Positions 19,699 to 29,769 of a stretch of DNA of 64,000 bases are shown here, one piece after another. A program made the translations under genes and the position numbers. Positions within the stretch are counted from its first letter, which is position 1; every line of letters begins with the position of its first letter. The notes beneath the pieces were generated by a model. It searched no databases. It saw nothing but the letters and a program-made list of their open reading frames with translations, and had not been told where the DNA came from. Origin of the DNA: a virus; the UHGV virus genome UHGV-1497419; one strand, 5' to 3'.

Positions 19699-19726
19699 TT
19701 CTAATTTGTTGATACTCTATTGTCAA
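19699..19726 (-). promoter_or_regulatory. Sigma70-like promoter upstream of SSB-like gene
   Basis: Minus strand reads TTGACA - 17 nt - TAGAAT. Confidence 0.5.
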
Positions 19727-19879
19727 ACATTAATTACTGGAAGTTGTGCTTATCTTTAGAAGCTGCTTTACGTGCAGTTTTTCCAGTTCTTACACGCTTC
19801 TCTTCATAGTATTTTGCTGGTTTACCAGCAGTGGCTTTTAAGGAATCCCCAAAAACTTTTTCAAATGCTTTAGAGTGTT

Positions 19880-20161
19880 TCATGATATTCTCCGATATAC
19901 TTGATATTCAAACACATTTTCTTTAATTATAAACAGCCAACCAATATTATGTTTAGGTATAGTAATGGTGACTGTGATTATGCTGTGATGGAACTTTTCT
20001 TCTGCCTCAACACCTCCATCACATTTCATGTAGAGCATTCTATAGAACCTATCAATCTTTGTCAAACACTCTTCCTGAAATTTATTTAAACTTTTTTCTT
20101 CAAAGAAGGGTGTGAACCCCTCTCTTTTATAACTATCACTCAGTTTCGAATTGGCAGTCAT
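19880..20161 (-). CDS. Hypothetical protein
   Basis: Track ORF trimmed to internal ATG. Confidence 0.3.
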   Translation of the reverse strand: MTANSKLSDSYKREGFTPFFEEKSLNKFQEECLTKIDRFYRMLYMKCDGGVEAEEKFHHSIITVTITIPKHNIGWLFIIKENVFEYQVYRRIS

Positions 20162-22127
20162 CTGCATCCTCACTTAATACAGGTGGAATCGTTGAGCTTT
20201 GACGCTGCTCTTCAGTATAGACTTCACCAGTCTCACGGTCAAACACTTCATCCTCATAATGTGGCAAAGAGTCATCATAATGGTCTTCAGCTTCACCAAT
20301 ACCAAACTGTTGGCGAATATTTTCTGCTGCGCCATCAATGTCAACTCCACAACCAGATGCTTTGATAAGACGCCCTGTATCTGGATTGTACCAAGTATGA
20401 CCAGCAATACCAGTTGACTTACCATGACGACGACATTTAGTTAACTTGATTTTTGTCAAGTTTTTCTTAACAGGGTCTGGGTCAACCTTGTTACGCATTA
20501 ACAGAATGTTGTTCATAGAAATCTGGAAATACGCACCAGAGCCTTTAATATCCTCTTCAGAGATATCTCCACCTTCGGAGTTAGCCTTCTGACCACCTGC
20601 ACTTTTACGAACGTGACAGACGTTAACCTGTGCATACTGGTAGCGTTTGCAACGGCGCAATAGCTCAGACAAAACTTCCTCTTCATCCGTATCTGAACGT
20701 GACAGAGCCAACGTAATAGGGTCAAGAATAATAATCTTACAGTCTAAACTATTAACAAGATAGTCAACAAACTCCAGCAAGTTATCTTGGTCAATTGCCC
20801 CTTGATGGTCTACGATGTGGATACGACGACCTTTAGATAGTTCTGCATGTGCTTCCTTCAATTCATCCCAATCACGTTCGTCATAAGGAATCTCAGAAAT
20901 CTGCTTGCTCAGGTGGATTGCACAAAGCATCTCCATCAACTCTTCATAGGTATCTTCTACAGGAATTACACCAATATTGTAATCGGTATCTTTCCAAGCT
21001 GTGTAAATCATTTCACGAGTGTATGCTGATTTACCCACTGAAGATGGTGCTGCCAGAGTTGTAATCTCACCTAGACCATAACCACCATAAGTCAGTCTGT
21101 TCAAATCTCCGAAAGATTCTGGGAAAGGAATCAATGGAATCTGACCACGATTCTTCATTGCCTCAAAACCATCTGCGAAGTTCTTGATACCAGCAGGACA
21201 GTAACGGGGCGCATTGTAGATACGCTGCTTAAACCCTTCAAGAACTGTGTCTTTCTCTTTATAGAACTTTGTCCACCATTCGTTAAGGTCTTTTACACCC
21301 TCTGGATACTGGAATAAACGAACCTTCTCAATAGGTAGGATACCAGCAGCCTCTTTGGTAGCTTTAGCACCTGCTTCATCGTTATCAAAGCACAAGTAAA
21401 TCTCATCAAATGATGTGATGTACTGATAGTTGTCTTTGATAGACTTAATGTTTGCACCTGACGGAACAGATACGTGACAGTAATTCTTACGACGAGACTT
21501 ATCTTTAATCGCCAAAGAAGTCATGTAGATTGCTGTCGCACATTCCATCTCACCTTCCCAGATGAATAGACGGTTACCACCTTCTGGAGCAATCCATGAG
21601 CCGAACATTGCCAGTTCACCTTTAATGTCTCCAACACCACCAGAAAAGTCTTTTAGCTTACCACGTAGGTGCTCTTTTGGATGGTCTTCTGGGTAACGGT
21701 GACGAACACGGTAGCCAACATGTTCTAGCTTACCATCTTCATTACGTTTGTAAGTTGGATAGAAGTGCGCATCAATTTCACCGTCACTGTCAATGTCAAC
21801 CTTGATACCTAAGCGTTCAAGGACTTTTGCAGGAATCTTCCTATCTTTCAAGTCCATTGCTTCTAGGTTTTCTTTTACATCGTCTAAATCCATTCCACGG
21901 AAAGTACGGTTTTTATTGTCTGAACCAGTAGAATAAGTGCTCACGATTTGTCCTTTATCAAAATCCCACTCTGGGAAACCTTTGTTACAGCTAAAGCAAG
22001 TCATCGAATAAGAATCATCGTCATGATGATAGATTGAACCAGCATCTGATGAACCACAACGTGGACATGCACAATGACCAATAAACTGACCAGCCTCTTT
22101 CAATTTACGACCTTTAGACATTAGCAC
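20136..22127 (-). CDS. Bifunctional DNA primase-helicase (T7 gp4-like)
   Basis: 663 aa; N-terminal CPRCGSS...CFSCNKGF zinc-binding domain; C-terminal DnaB-like Walker A (PSSVGKSAYT). Confidence 0.8.
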   Translation of the reverse strand: MLMSKGRKLKEAGQFIGHCACPRCGSSDAGSIYHHDDDSYSMTCFSCNKGFPEWDFDKGQIVSTYSTGSDNKNRTFRGMDLDDVKENLEAMDLKDRKIPAKVLERLGIKVDIDSDGEIDAHFYPTYKRNEDGKLEHVGYRVRHRYPEDHPKEHLRGKLKDFSGGVGDIKGELAMFGSWIAPEGGNRLFIWEGEMECATAIYMTSLAIKDKSRRKNYCHVSVPSGANIKSIKDNYQYITSFDEIYLCFDNDEAGAKATKEAAGILPIEKVRLFQYPEGVKDLNEWWTKFYKEKDTVLEGFKQRIYNAPRYCPAGIKNFADGFEAMKNRGQIPLIPFPESFGDLNRLTYGGYGLGEITTLAAPSSVGKSAYTREMIYTAWKDTDYNIGVIPVEDTYEELMEMLCAIHLSKQISEIPYDERDWDELKEAHAELSKGRRIHIVDHQGAIDQDNLLEFVDYLVNSLDCKIIILDPITLALSRSDTDEEEVLSELLRRCKRYQYAQVNVCHVRKSAGGQKANSEGGDISEEDIKGSGAYFQISMNNILLMRNKVDPDPVKKNLTKIKLTKCRRHGKSTGIAGHTWYNPDTGRLIKASGCGVDIDGAAENIRQQFGIGEAEDHYDDSLPHYEDEVFDRETGEVYTEEQRQSSTIPPVLSEDADDCQFETE

Positions 22128-22314
22128 CTCTTCGTTGTAGTTCTGCCTTCAATCCATTTTCAATCTTGTCCAGTTCATGAATTTCATCTGCAATCTCTTT
22201 CCTTCGTGATTCAACTCTCTTAAGACGTTCAATCATTACCTCATTGGAAAGAGATGAGAGTTCCACTAAACGGTGGTCAATAACTTTAAAATTGTCTTTT
22301 ACTCTCATCTTCAT
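22114..22314 (-). CDS. Hypothetical protein
   Basis: 66-aa ORF. Confidence 0.3.
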   Translation of the reverse strand: MKMRVKDNFKVIDHRLVELSSLSNEVMIERLKRVESRRKEIADEIHELDKIENGLKAELQRRGANV

Positions 22315-22322
22315 TCTCTCTT

Positions 22323-23066
22323 TTAAACTTTAATGATGGCTCTTAGCTTGTTCTCAAGGTCTGTAAGAGTACCATTATTATGAATAATGTCACGCTCATA
22401 TTTGGTGGATAGCCCATTTTCTGAAACGTGTGATGAAATCTTATCCACATTGTCTCTTTTTACTTCAATAGTTTGGTGTGCAAATCTACTCAGCCACTCA
22501 GCTTCAGAGTCAAATCTTAAATCACTGATTAAGACAAAACCATATTGATTTCTAAGTGAGCAACTTTCATAGAATCTAACCATTCTTTTTTCAAGGTCTT
22601 TAGACCAGAACTTGTCGCCCATTACTTTACGGACAACTTCAGTACCCCAAATCTGTTGAATTTGTCTTGATGAGAATTTATACTTTTTGCTAAACCCCAG
22701 ACGTGTCAATAGAGTCGGTTTAGCAACCTTCTTAAGCTCCATGATTAATCGTCCGGTTAACTCTGATATAAGCTTGAAGTCCATATGGTAACGTTCATCT
22801 CTGAAGGTGAACTCCATAGCTTCCGTAACTTTAAACATCAGTTCAGGATATGATAAGTCAAATACCTGCGGAGTCTCTTTAGTTTCACCGTACAGGTCAT
22901 TCCAAGTCAAGTCAAATATCTTTGATGCAGATAGTTTAAGGTTGTCTGCAAAGGCCATTATTGCAACATTGTAGCCGTGCTCATCCTCTAAGATATTCTT
23001 CACAATAGAACATGAGGTGTCTTTTCCAGAACGTGCCTTTCCAGTAAATGCGATAATATTACTCAT
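22323..23066 (-). CDS. Deoxynucleoside monophosphate kinase (T4 gp1-like)
   Basis: 247 aa; P-loop GKARSGKDT near N-terminus and C-terminal NGTLTDLENKL resemble T4 dNMP kinase. Confidence 0.65.
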   Translation of the reverse strand: MSNIIAFTGKARSGKDTSCSIVKNILEDEHGYNVAIMAFADNLKLSASKIFDLTWNDLYGETKETPQVFDLSYPELMFKVTEAMEFTFRDERYHMDFKLISELTGRLIMELKKVAKPTLLTRLGFSKKYKFSSRQIQQIWGTEVVRKVMGDKFWSKDLEKRMVRFYESCSLRNQYGFVLISDLRFDSEAEWLSRFAHQTIEVKRDNVDKISSHVSENGLSTKYERDIIHNNGTLTDLENKLRAIIKV

Positions 23067-23127
23067 TTTATCTCCATTAATTACTAAAAAGCCCCCAACT
23101 AAGGAGGCTTGTAAGATTTATAAAGAC

Positions 23128-23928
23128 TTATTGCAGTTGCTCAGCATACTCTTTTTCAGCCATAGCTGAGATTTGCTTCACAAAATCATCACCGAAGTTA
23201 ATGCGTAGTTTCTCTTCAATGATTGAAGCACCAATGTTCACCAAAACATCATTGATTGCTTGCATACTAACGCCACCAGTCATCTCTTCAATGAACTCAA
23301 TACTTACACCCATCATCTGTGACAGTTGGATTAGTGCAACGATATTCATCATCGTAGAGATAGCTGGAATCATCAGTGCAACTTTCACCTGAAGTGGTTC
23401 AATGTCAGCTACAGAGTCATTTTCAACAGCTTCTTCCAAAGACTCTTTAGTTTGCTGGATAATCTCTTTGATTCGTGGGTTTAATTCTTCTACGCCCCAA
23501 TCAAGTTTTTCATATCGTGAAAGTTTCTCTTCCATACGCTTCTCAAGAACAGCCATAACAGCACTCGTTGATGAGATAAGCGTATCAATAATGAAATCAG
23601 TGTCCTTAGTCAGCAACAGTTCCTTATCTTCGTCTGACATCCTGATATAGTCATTCTTTTGCATTTCATAAAAAATGAACTCAGCAAGTGCATCAACACC
23701 AACCGCAATAGATGCCAGAGCAAGTGTAGTGTCTGTTAACATCATGTTGACCTGTTCTGCAAAAGCACCGTTATCAGACTTGTCTTCAGGCAAGTTATAG
23801 CTTGCAGGCATAAACTGTTCTGTGTAGTTGTTACCACGAAGAATCATAGCCATGCTTTCTACGGCATTGATTAAGAATGCTTCATCAACACCTTTCTCTT
23901 CAAGCATCTTTTCTACATCGATATTCAT
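23128..23928 (-). CDS. Hypothetical protein
   Basis: 266-aa ORF. Confidence 0.4.
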   Translation of the reverse strand: MNIDVEKMLEEKGVDEAFLINAVESMAMILRGNNYTEQFMPASYNLPEDKSDNGAFAEQVNMMLTDTTLALASIAVGVDALAEFIFYEMQKNDYIRMSDEDKELLLTKDTDFIIDTLISSTSAVMAVLEKRMEEKLSRYEKLDWGVEELNPRIKEIIQQTKESLEEAVENDSVADIEPLQVKVALMIPAISTMMNIVALIQLSQMMGVSIEFIEEMTGGVSMQAINDVLVNIGASIIEEKLRINFGDDFVKQISAMAEKEYAEQLQ

Positions 23929-23929
23929 A

Positions 23930-24352
23930 TTATTTCTCTCTCAGTTGGTTAAGTTTCTTTCTAGAACATTTTAAGTTTTCGGATGAAGAAAAGTCAAGTG
24001 TCTTTTCAGAACGTGGATAATAGTGCCTATCCCAAGAAGTTTCAACATCGTTAATCAGTGACGCTAGATTACACAGGTCTGTACCACTTTGCAACCTCTT
24101 TTTAAGAGAATCTAGTAAAGCAACTGTGTCTTTAGCTTTACGTCTCGCTGTAGCAACATCTTTCATATGCTCAAATACAGAGCATTTTAAGTCATCTTCA
24201 TAGTTTTCAGACAACTCTATTTCATGTTGTATATCAACCATTCTCCTGTGATGGTGAGCATATTCCCGTTGAGCAGCAATGTCAAGTTCTTCCAACTTCT
24301 GCAAAGCTCTAACAAAGTCAGCTATGTCTGGGTGAACAAACATTTTCTGCAT
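23930..24352 (-). CDS. Hypothetical protein
   Basis: 140-aa ORF, first gene of the minus-strand early block. Confidence 0.4.
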   Translation of the reverse strand: MQKMFVHPDIADFVRALQKLEELDIAAQREYAHHHRRMVDIQHEIELSENYEDDLKCSVFEHMKDVATARRKAKDTVALLDSLKKRLQSGTDLCNLASLINDVETSWDRHYYPRSEKTLDFSSSENLKCSRKKLNQLREK

Positions 24353-24609
24353 GTAAGCCTCTTTTAAGTAACTATTAAGTTTTAATCTTTTATCTTAACG
24401 TATTCTATACGTTATACTTTAAAGCTTTTTAAAAGCTATTAAATAATCTTTTAAGAATTTTAAAGTATCTGTATAGTTAAACTGTTAAGTAACCTTTTAA
24501 GTAAAAACCCACTTCGCAAAGATTAACACCTTGTCAAGTGCATTGTCAACTTGCTTTTTATAATTTTTTGCAGTAATGTATGAGGTTAATGATTTTAGAG
24601 GGAGTAAAA

Positions 24610-27309
24610 ATGGAAAACGTAGATTTTAAAAACTTACATTTAGTTGGTGATACAGAAACTGATGGTTTACTCCTTGAGTTCACTAAAGTGCACGTAATGG
24701 CTTTCGCAGACTATAAATCTGATGATGAAGAGCCGCCTGTATGGGTCTTTACAGATGAGCCTATCCTCGGTCACAAGTATACCAAGTACATTAAGGGTGG
24801 CTTACGTGAAGGTATTGAGTTTGCGTTAAAGGCAAAACGTCTTTGCATCCATAATGGTCTCGGTTATGACTGGTGGGTTTTCAATCACATTGCACCTGAT
24901 TTATGGAACTTTGATAATCCAAAGTGTAAACCGTGGAGTAATTTCTTTCAGGATTCTCTTATCCAGTCTCGTGTTCAGTGGATGGATAGACCAACTCCAA
25001 AGGGCTATAAAGGTGCTCATGGTTTGGCTGCATGGGGTGCTCGTGTTGGTGTTCGTAAACCAGAGATTGAGCATTGGGGTGTGTGGAATGCAGAAATCTT
25101 CACTCGTGTTGTAGAAGATATACGTATTAACGCCAAAACTAAACGGGCACTTGATAACGAGTATCTCAAGCTTAAGAAGTGTGGTATAGACACTTATGAA
25201 ACTTACATGCGAGCTAAAGAAACATCTTTCTGGATGAGTCAACAAGCTATCAATGGTTGGAAAGCTGATAAAGAGCTTATGGAGTTCCATGTAAAGGAGC
25301 TTGACAAGTTGACTAATGAGCTTGCTTCAGAGGTTGAACCACATCTACCTCCAACTATTAAGACCAAAGGTAAAGTCACTGGAGAAGAGTTTGCAAAAGC
25401 TTGGAATGAGTATGTTGAAACATTTGGTCATGCAGATGGACTGAAAAGAATTACCAAGTACCCTAAGACAAAGTATCGTCAGCAGGTACGTAATGGTGAG
25501 ATGCAGACATACGAAATCAAACCATTTGGTAAGCCAACTACAAAGATTTTTAACATTGAAAAGAGAAATTGCTATACACCAACCAACTCTGTAACTGGTG
25601 AAGAGTACAAGGAAGGCTTTGTAGCAATGAAGGATGCTCGTGCAATTTGCAATGAGTTGAACGCAAAGATTGGTAAGAAATGCAAAGACTGGAAGCCAGT
25701 AAAAACAGTCAAAACTGTGAAGTACTATAACAGCCACGTTGTTAACCACTTTGAACTTGAGTCAAGTCGCTACACAGGTTTGATTGATGCACCATATACA
25801 CCAATTGAGTTTGAAGTTTCTCGTATGACTCAGGTAGCAGTTGTTAAAGACTACTTGAAATCAGTTGGTTGGATTCCAGATGACTGGAACTACAAGAAAG
25901 ACTCAGATGGTCGCCCTGTCAAAGTTTGTCGTTTCAAAGACAATAAAAAGATGATTACAAAACATCCTAAGTGGCAGGAGATGGTGGAACGATGTGGTTT
26001 AAGTTATGTTGAACATGAAGGTGTCCAGTACATTGAGCATAACTGGTCTGTGAAGAAGTACACAGATTTGCTTGAGCCTTGCTTAATCCGTACTTCACCA
26101 AAACTTACTGAATCATCTTATGATACGATTGAAGGTGAGCTTGGACAGAAGATTGCTAAGTACTATACTTTGATGCACCGACGCAGAACTATTGAGAACT
26201 CAAAGGATGATGAAAAAGGTTGGTTGAACCAGATTCGTCCTGATGGTCGCCTTAGTGCTGGTGCAATGGTGTTCGGTACTTCAACTGGACGTATGACGCA
26301 ATATGGTATTGTAAACGTACCGTCTGGTGCTGCTGTCTATGGGGAACCAATGAGGGCAGTGTGGATTTGTGAGGAAGGTACTAACGTTGTCTCTGTAGAT
26401 ATGAACTCGGCCCAGCTAGTTCTGCTTTGTAACTTTATGGGTGATAAAGACTTCACCAAAGCGGTAACACAAGGTAAAGAAGAAATTGAGTTCATTCGTC
26501 AAGAAGATGGACGCTATTACTGCAAACATTTTGATGAGTACCTAAACCCAGAAATTGATAAGTACCTTCGCTATGACTCTGAGAATGACCTGTACGTTGT
26601 CTATTCAGGGACTGATGCACATACACTGAACAGTATTTACTTTAGCTTGAATGATGAGCAGGATATCTTGACTTGTCGAGCTACTCAGGATGAGAATCTT
26701 CTTCATGAGATTAGCAAAGGTCGTAAGAAAGCTAAGAATGGTATCTATGCACTGCTGTTCGGTGCAGGTGATGAGAAGTTTGCTAAGACGATTAAAGCTG
26801 CAACTACTCAGGAAGGTGCGCTGACTAAACAGACTTACTTTATTCGTTTGCCTAAAATTAAGAAGCTGCTAGATGACTTGGAAGCTGACTACAAAGCAAC
26901 TAAAAAGGCACTTGAAGAGGTGTTTGGTAAGACTGCTGCAATCTCTAAAGGAGGTTTTGTAAAGGTTGCTGGAGCTTGGTTGTGGTGTAAATCTCCACAC
27001 AAACTGTTGAACTATCTTTTGATGGGTTCAGAGGCTCAGATTCAAAATGAGGCAATTAACCTTGCTTGTCGTCGTATGATTGACGAAGGTTTGATGAAGT
27101 TGAATGGTCGTAAACCAGCTATTGGTGCTCGCTTACTCTGCGCATATCACGATGAGACAAGCTGGGAATGCCCAGAAAGTATGACGGCAGAGGTGAAAGC
27201 AGTTACTGACTGGTATTATGGGCAAGCTTCTAAGAACTTAGGTCTTAAGAAAGAAACACTTGTTACAGGTACTGGTAAGGTTGGTAAAAGCTGGCTTGAG
27301 GTTCACTAA
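24610..27309 (+). CDS. DNA polymerase, family A, with 3'-5' exonuclease domain
   Basis: Exo I motif DTETDG; motif B RKKAKNGIYALLFGAG; motif C YHDE; start set at MENV behind a GAGGGAG ribosome-binding site. Confidence 0.9.
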   Translation: MENVDFKNLHLVGDTETDGLLLEFTKVHVMAFADYKSDDEEPPVWVFTDEPILGHKYTKYIKGGLREGIEFALKAKRLCIHNGLGYDWWVFNHIAPDLWNFDNPKCKPWSNFFQDSLIQSRVQWMDRPTPKGYKGAHGLAAWGARVGVRKPEIEHWGVWNAEIFTRVVEDIRINAKTKRALDNEYLKLKKCGIDTYETYMRAKETSFWMSQQAINGWKADKELMEFHVKELDKLTNELASEVEPHLPPTIKTKGKVTGEEFAKAWNEYVETFGHADGLKRITKYPKTKYRQQVRNGEMQTYEIKPFGKPTTKIFNIEKRNCYTPTNSVTGEEYKEGFVAMKDARAICNELNAKIGKKCKDWKPVKTVKTVKYYNSHVVNHFELESSRYTGLIDAPYTPIEFEVSRMTQVAVVKDYLKSVGWIPDDWNYKKDSDGRPVKVCRFKDNKKMITKHPKWQEMVERCGLSYVEHEGVQYIEHNWSVKKYTDLLEPCLIRTSPKLTESSYDTIEGELGQKIAKYYTLMHRRRTIENSKDDEKGWLNQIRPDGRLSAGAMVFGTSTGRMTQYGIVNVPSGAAVYGEPMRAVWICEEGTNVVSVDMNSAQLVLLCNFMGDKDFTKAVTQGKEEIEFIRQEDGRYYCKHFDEYLNPEIDKYLRYDSENDLYVVYSGTDAHTLNSIYFSLNDEQDILTCRATQDENLLHEISKGRKKAKNGIYALLFGAGDEKFAKTIKAATTQEGALTKQTYFIRLPKIKKLLDDLEADYKATKKALEEVFGKTAAISKGGFVKVAGAWLWCKSPHKLLNYLLMGSEAQIQNEAINLACRRMIDEGLMKLNGRKPAIGARLLCAYHDETSWECPESMTAEVKAVTDWYYGQASKNLGLKKETLVTGTGKVGKSWLEVH

Positions 27310-27370
27310 TTAGTGTTGACAAGGTGCTCATGGAAGAGTACCTTATACTATATCTTATATAGGAGGGCTT

Positions 27371-27580
27371 ATGAGCCATCGTGGAAGAACCCATGCAGCG
27401 ATGATGAAAGGTGCTTCAAAGGAGACTATCAAAAATCGTAAGCAGAAGTTGTTTGAGAGAATGAACAGGTTAATTGACAACTCATCTCTTTCAGGTTCTG
27501 AGAAGGTTTTCTTGAAAGGTAATCTGAAAAGCATTGCACGAGAACTTATTGACATTGAGTATTGGAGACATCAAAAATGA
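27371..27580 (+). CDS. Hypothetical protein
   Basis: 69-aa ORF behind a TAGGAGGG ribosome-binding site. Confidence 0.35.
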   Translation: MSHRGRTHAAMMKGASKETIKNRKQKLFERMNRLIDNSSLSGSEKVFLKGNLKSIARELIDIEYWRHQK

Positions 27581-27795
27581 CACTTGCAGACGTTATTCAG
27601 CAACTTCACGACAACTGCTATACCCCAGAGTTGATTCAGGAGATGTGTATTGTAGTGATGCCTAGCAAGTTCGTAAAAGCCTTTAACAGTGACACTTTAA
27701 GGTCTGCACACATTCTTATTGTTGAAGGTAAGATTGCAAAAGACCGTACAGGTGTTCTTAAGGGTGAACGTATTGATATCTTGGAATTGTTATGA
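27577..27795 (+). CDS. Hypothetical protein
   Basis: ATGA-coupled start to the upstream ORF. Confidence 0.3.
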   Translation: MTLADVIQQLHDNCYTPELIQEMCIVVMPSKFVKAFNSDTLRSAHILIVEGKIAKDRTGVLKGERIDILELL

Positions 27796-27952
27796 ATAAG
27801 TTATATAGTCTCTGGGGAAGGATGGGTAAAGATTCTGACTGGAATCTGCTCAAAACAAATGTAAAAAGTAATGAGATAGCGTACTACAAAATTCATTACT
27901 ACAAAACTTTCAGAGAGTTTGAGTATCGTGAACAACAGACAGGAGAAGTATT

Positions 27953-28189
27953 ATGTGGAAATCAGTAATTGTGCTTGGTGTTATTTTTCTATCTGGCTGC
28001 AACCCTTCTTATGAAGATAAAAATGCTTCTTATAGTCTCCCACCAGAGATGCAAGATTGTAAAGTCTATAAGCTGAATGGGGATGCAATAAGCACAGATA
28101 TTGTTGTTGTAAGATGTCCAAACTCTCAAACGACAACATCTTATCGTTATGGTAAAAATAGTCAATCACACACTACTGTTATTGAGTGA
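27953..28189 (+). CDS. Small lipoprotein (signal peptide with lipobox)
   Basis: MWKSVIVLGVIFLSGC: hydrophobic signal peptide ending in an L-S-G-C lipobox; 78 aa. Confidence 0.5.
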   Translation: MWKSVIVLGVIFLSGCNPSYEDKNASYSLPPEMQDCKVYKLNGDAISTDIVVVRCPNSQTTTSYRYGKNSQSHTTVIE

Positions 28190-28407
28190 GGTTTTTCAAG
28201 ATGCAAGTCTTAGTAAACTATATCTACCGTTATGATACTGTTCACTCCACTACAAACATAGCTCAACGTAACCCAATCGTACCGCGAGAAGGTGAATTGG
28301 TTCGCATTGAGGGTTGGACTTACACTGTGGAAAACATCATTCATAAGTTTGATGTTGCTGGTGATGTTCAAGTTATTGACGTAGAGATTGGTGGTAAGAG
28401 AAAATGA
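28186..28407 (+). CDS. Hypothetical protein
   Basis: 73-aa ORF. Confidence 0.35.
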   Translation: MRFFKMQVLVNYIYRYDTVHSTTNIAQRNPIVPREGELVRIEGWTYTVENIIHKFDVAGDVQVIDVEIGGKRK

Positions 28408-28595
28408 ACAAAGAAGATAAGCATAAAAATGCTGTACGAACTCCTGATGGGAAGATTCAATCATTCACCCTGACAGTTGGTGGAAAGCCATTCCGTTGCC
28501 ACTGCGGAGCAAACTGCTTTCATAAACCAGATAAAAATGACTTAGAGCTTTACGCATGTAATGCTTGCAATACTTGGTATCATTCAGAGGAATAA
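28404..28595 (+). CDS. Small zinc-ribbon protein
   Basis: 63 aa; CHCG...CNACN cysteine pairs. Confidence 0.35.
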   Translation: MNKEDKHKNAVRTPDGKIQSFTLTVGGKPFRCHCGANCFHKPDKNDLELYACNACNTWYHSEE

Positions 28596-28596
28596 A

Positions 28597-29697
28597 ATGA
28601 CAATTCTGTACAAACAAAATAAAGATGGTTCCTTCAACGTCTGGTCATGTGTTGCTGTAGGTGACAAAGTTATTACAACCTACGGTAAAGAAAATGGCAA
28701 GATGATGTTTGAAGAGTACACAGCAGAGCCTAAAAACATCGGTAAAAAGAATGAGCGTAACGCTGAACAACAAGCTCTCTTTGAAGTTGCTGCTAAGTAT
28801 AAAAAGCAAGTAGACCGCAAAGGTTATGCTTACACAAAAGAGTCTGCACAGAATACTGAGAAGGTAGGTGTACAGCTTGCTCATGATGCTGCAAAGGTTA
28901 GCCATGCAAAGTATCTGAAGTTCCCTGCTGATGCTCAACCAAAACTTGATGGTGTCCGTTGTAGGATTTCAAGAGATGCTGATTTAGTTAGTTTTACGGC
29001 TTATTCTCGTGAGAATACTGTTTACAACGTTCCAGCAGAACTAATTCCAGATTTGCTTTTGTTGCTTAAATTACATCCACAAGTTGAAGACTTTGATGGT
29101 GAGATTTATGCTCATGGTTGGGACTTAGAAGATATTGTATCTATGATTAAGAATGCTGACAATCCAGACCGTCACCTTCTTAAATTCTACTGGTATGATA
29201 TCTGCGACAATTCAAAATCTTGGCCTGAGCGTCGTGAAGTTATTGATAACTCACCTATTGTTGAGCTTGGGGATACCTGTAGAGTTGTTCCTGTGCAGAC
29301 TATCCGTGTAAATTCTTGGGAAGAGTTTGATGAAGCTCATGATAAGTGGGTTGAAGCTAAGTTTGAAGGTGCAATGTACCGTTCAATCTCTGAAGACTCC
29401 TTCTACGAGTGTTGTCACCGTTCATACTTCTTGATTAAGCACAAGAAGATGCACACTGAAGAGTTTAAAGTAACTGGTGTAAAGACTGATAAACGTGGTC
29501 ATGGTAAGTTCGTTGTAGAGACTCTTCCTAACGTCTTTGTAGATGTCTCATGGAAAACCACTCATGAGAAAAAGCAGTATCTGGCTGAGCATCCTGAAGA
29601 GTTTATCGGGAAGCCTTTAACGGTTCAGTTCCAGAAGATGACTCGTAAGGGGTCTTTACAGTTCCCTGTTGGGTTAGTTATTAGGGATTATGAGTAA
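28597..29697 (+). CDS. ATP-dependent DNA ligase
   Basis: Motif I KLDGVRC, motif III DFDGEIYA, motif IV EGAMYR, motif V FLIKHKK. Confidence 0.85.
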   Translation: MTILYKQNKDGSFNVWSCVAVGDKVITTYGKENGKMMFEEYTAEPKNIGKKNERNAEQQALFEVAAKYKKQVDRKGYAYTKESAQNTEKVGVQLAHDAAKVSHAKYLKFPADAQPKLDGVRCRISRDADLVSFTAYSRENTVYNVPAELIPDLLLLLKLHPQVEDFDGEIYAHGWDLEDIVSMIKNADNPDRHLLKFYWYDICDNSKSWPERREVIDNSPIVELGDTCRVVPVQTIRVNSWEEFDEAHDKWVEAKFEGAMYRSISEDSFYECCHRSYFLIKHKKMHTEEFKVTGVKTDKRGHGKFVVETLPNVFVDVSWKTTHEKKQYLAEHPEEFIGKPLTVQFQKMTRKGSLQFPVGLVIRDYE

Positions 29698-29704
29698 AAA
29701 GTTG

Positions 29705-29732
29705 TTGACATAGAAAATTTGGTGAGTATACT
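29705..29732 (+). promoter_or_regulatory. Sigma70-like promoter reading into repeat array A
   Basis: TTGACA - 16 nt - TATACT. Confidence 0.55.
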
Positions 29733-29769
29733 GAGCAGCATAAACCAACGGGTACTCACCAACACCCCT

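Noticed and set aside
24854-25749. ORFs 24854..25114 (+), 24901..25290 (-) and 25345..25749 (-)
   Set aside because: Alternative frames or antisense inside the DNA polymerase gene, which has clear family-A motifs
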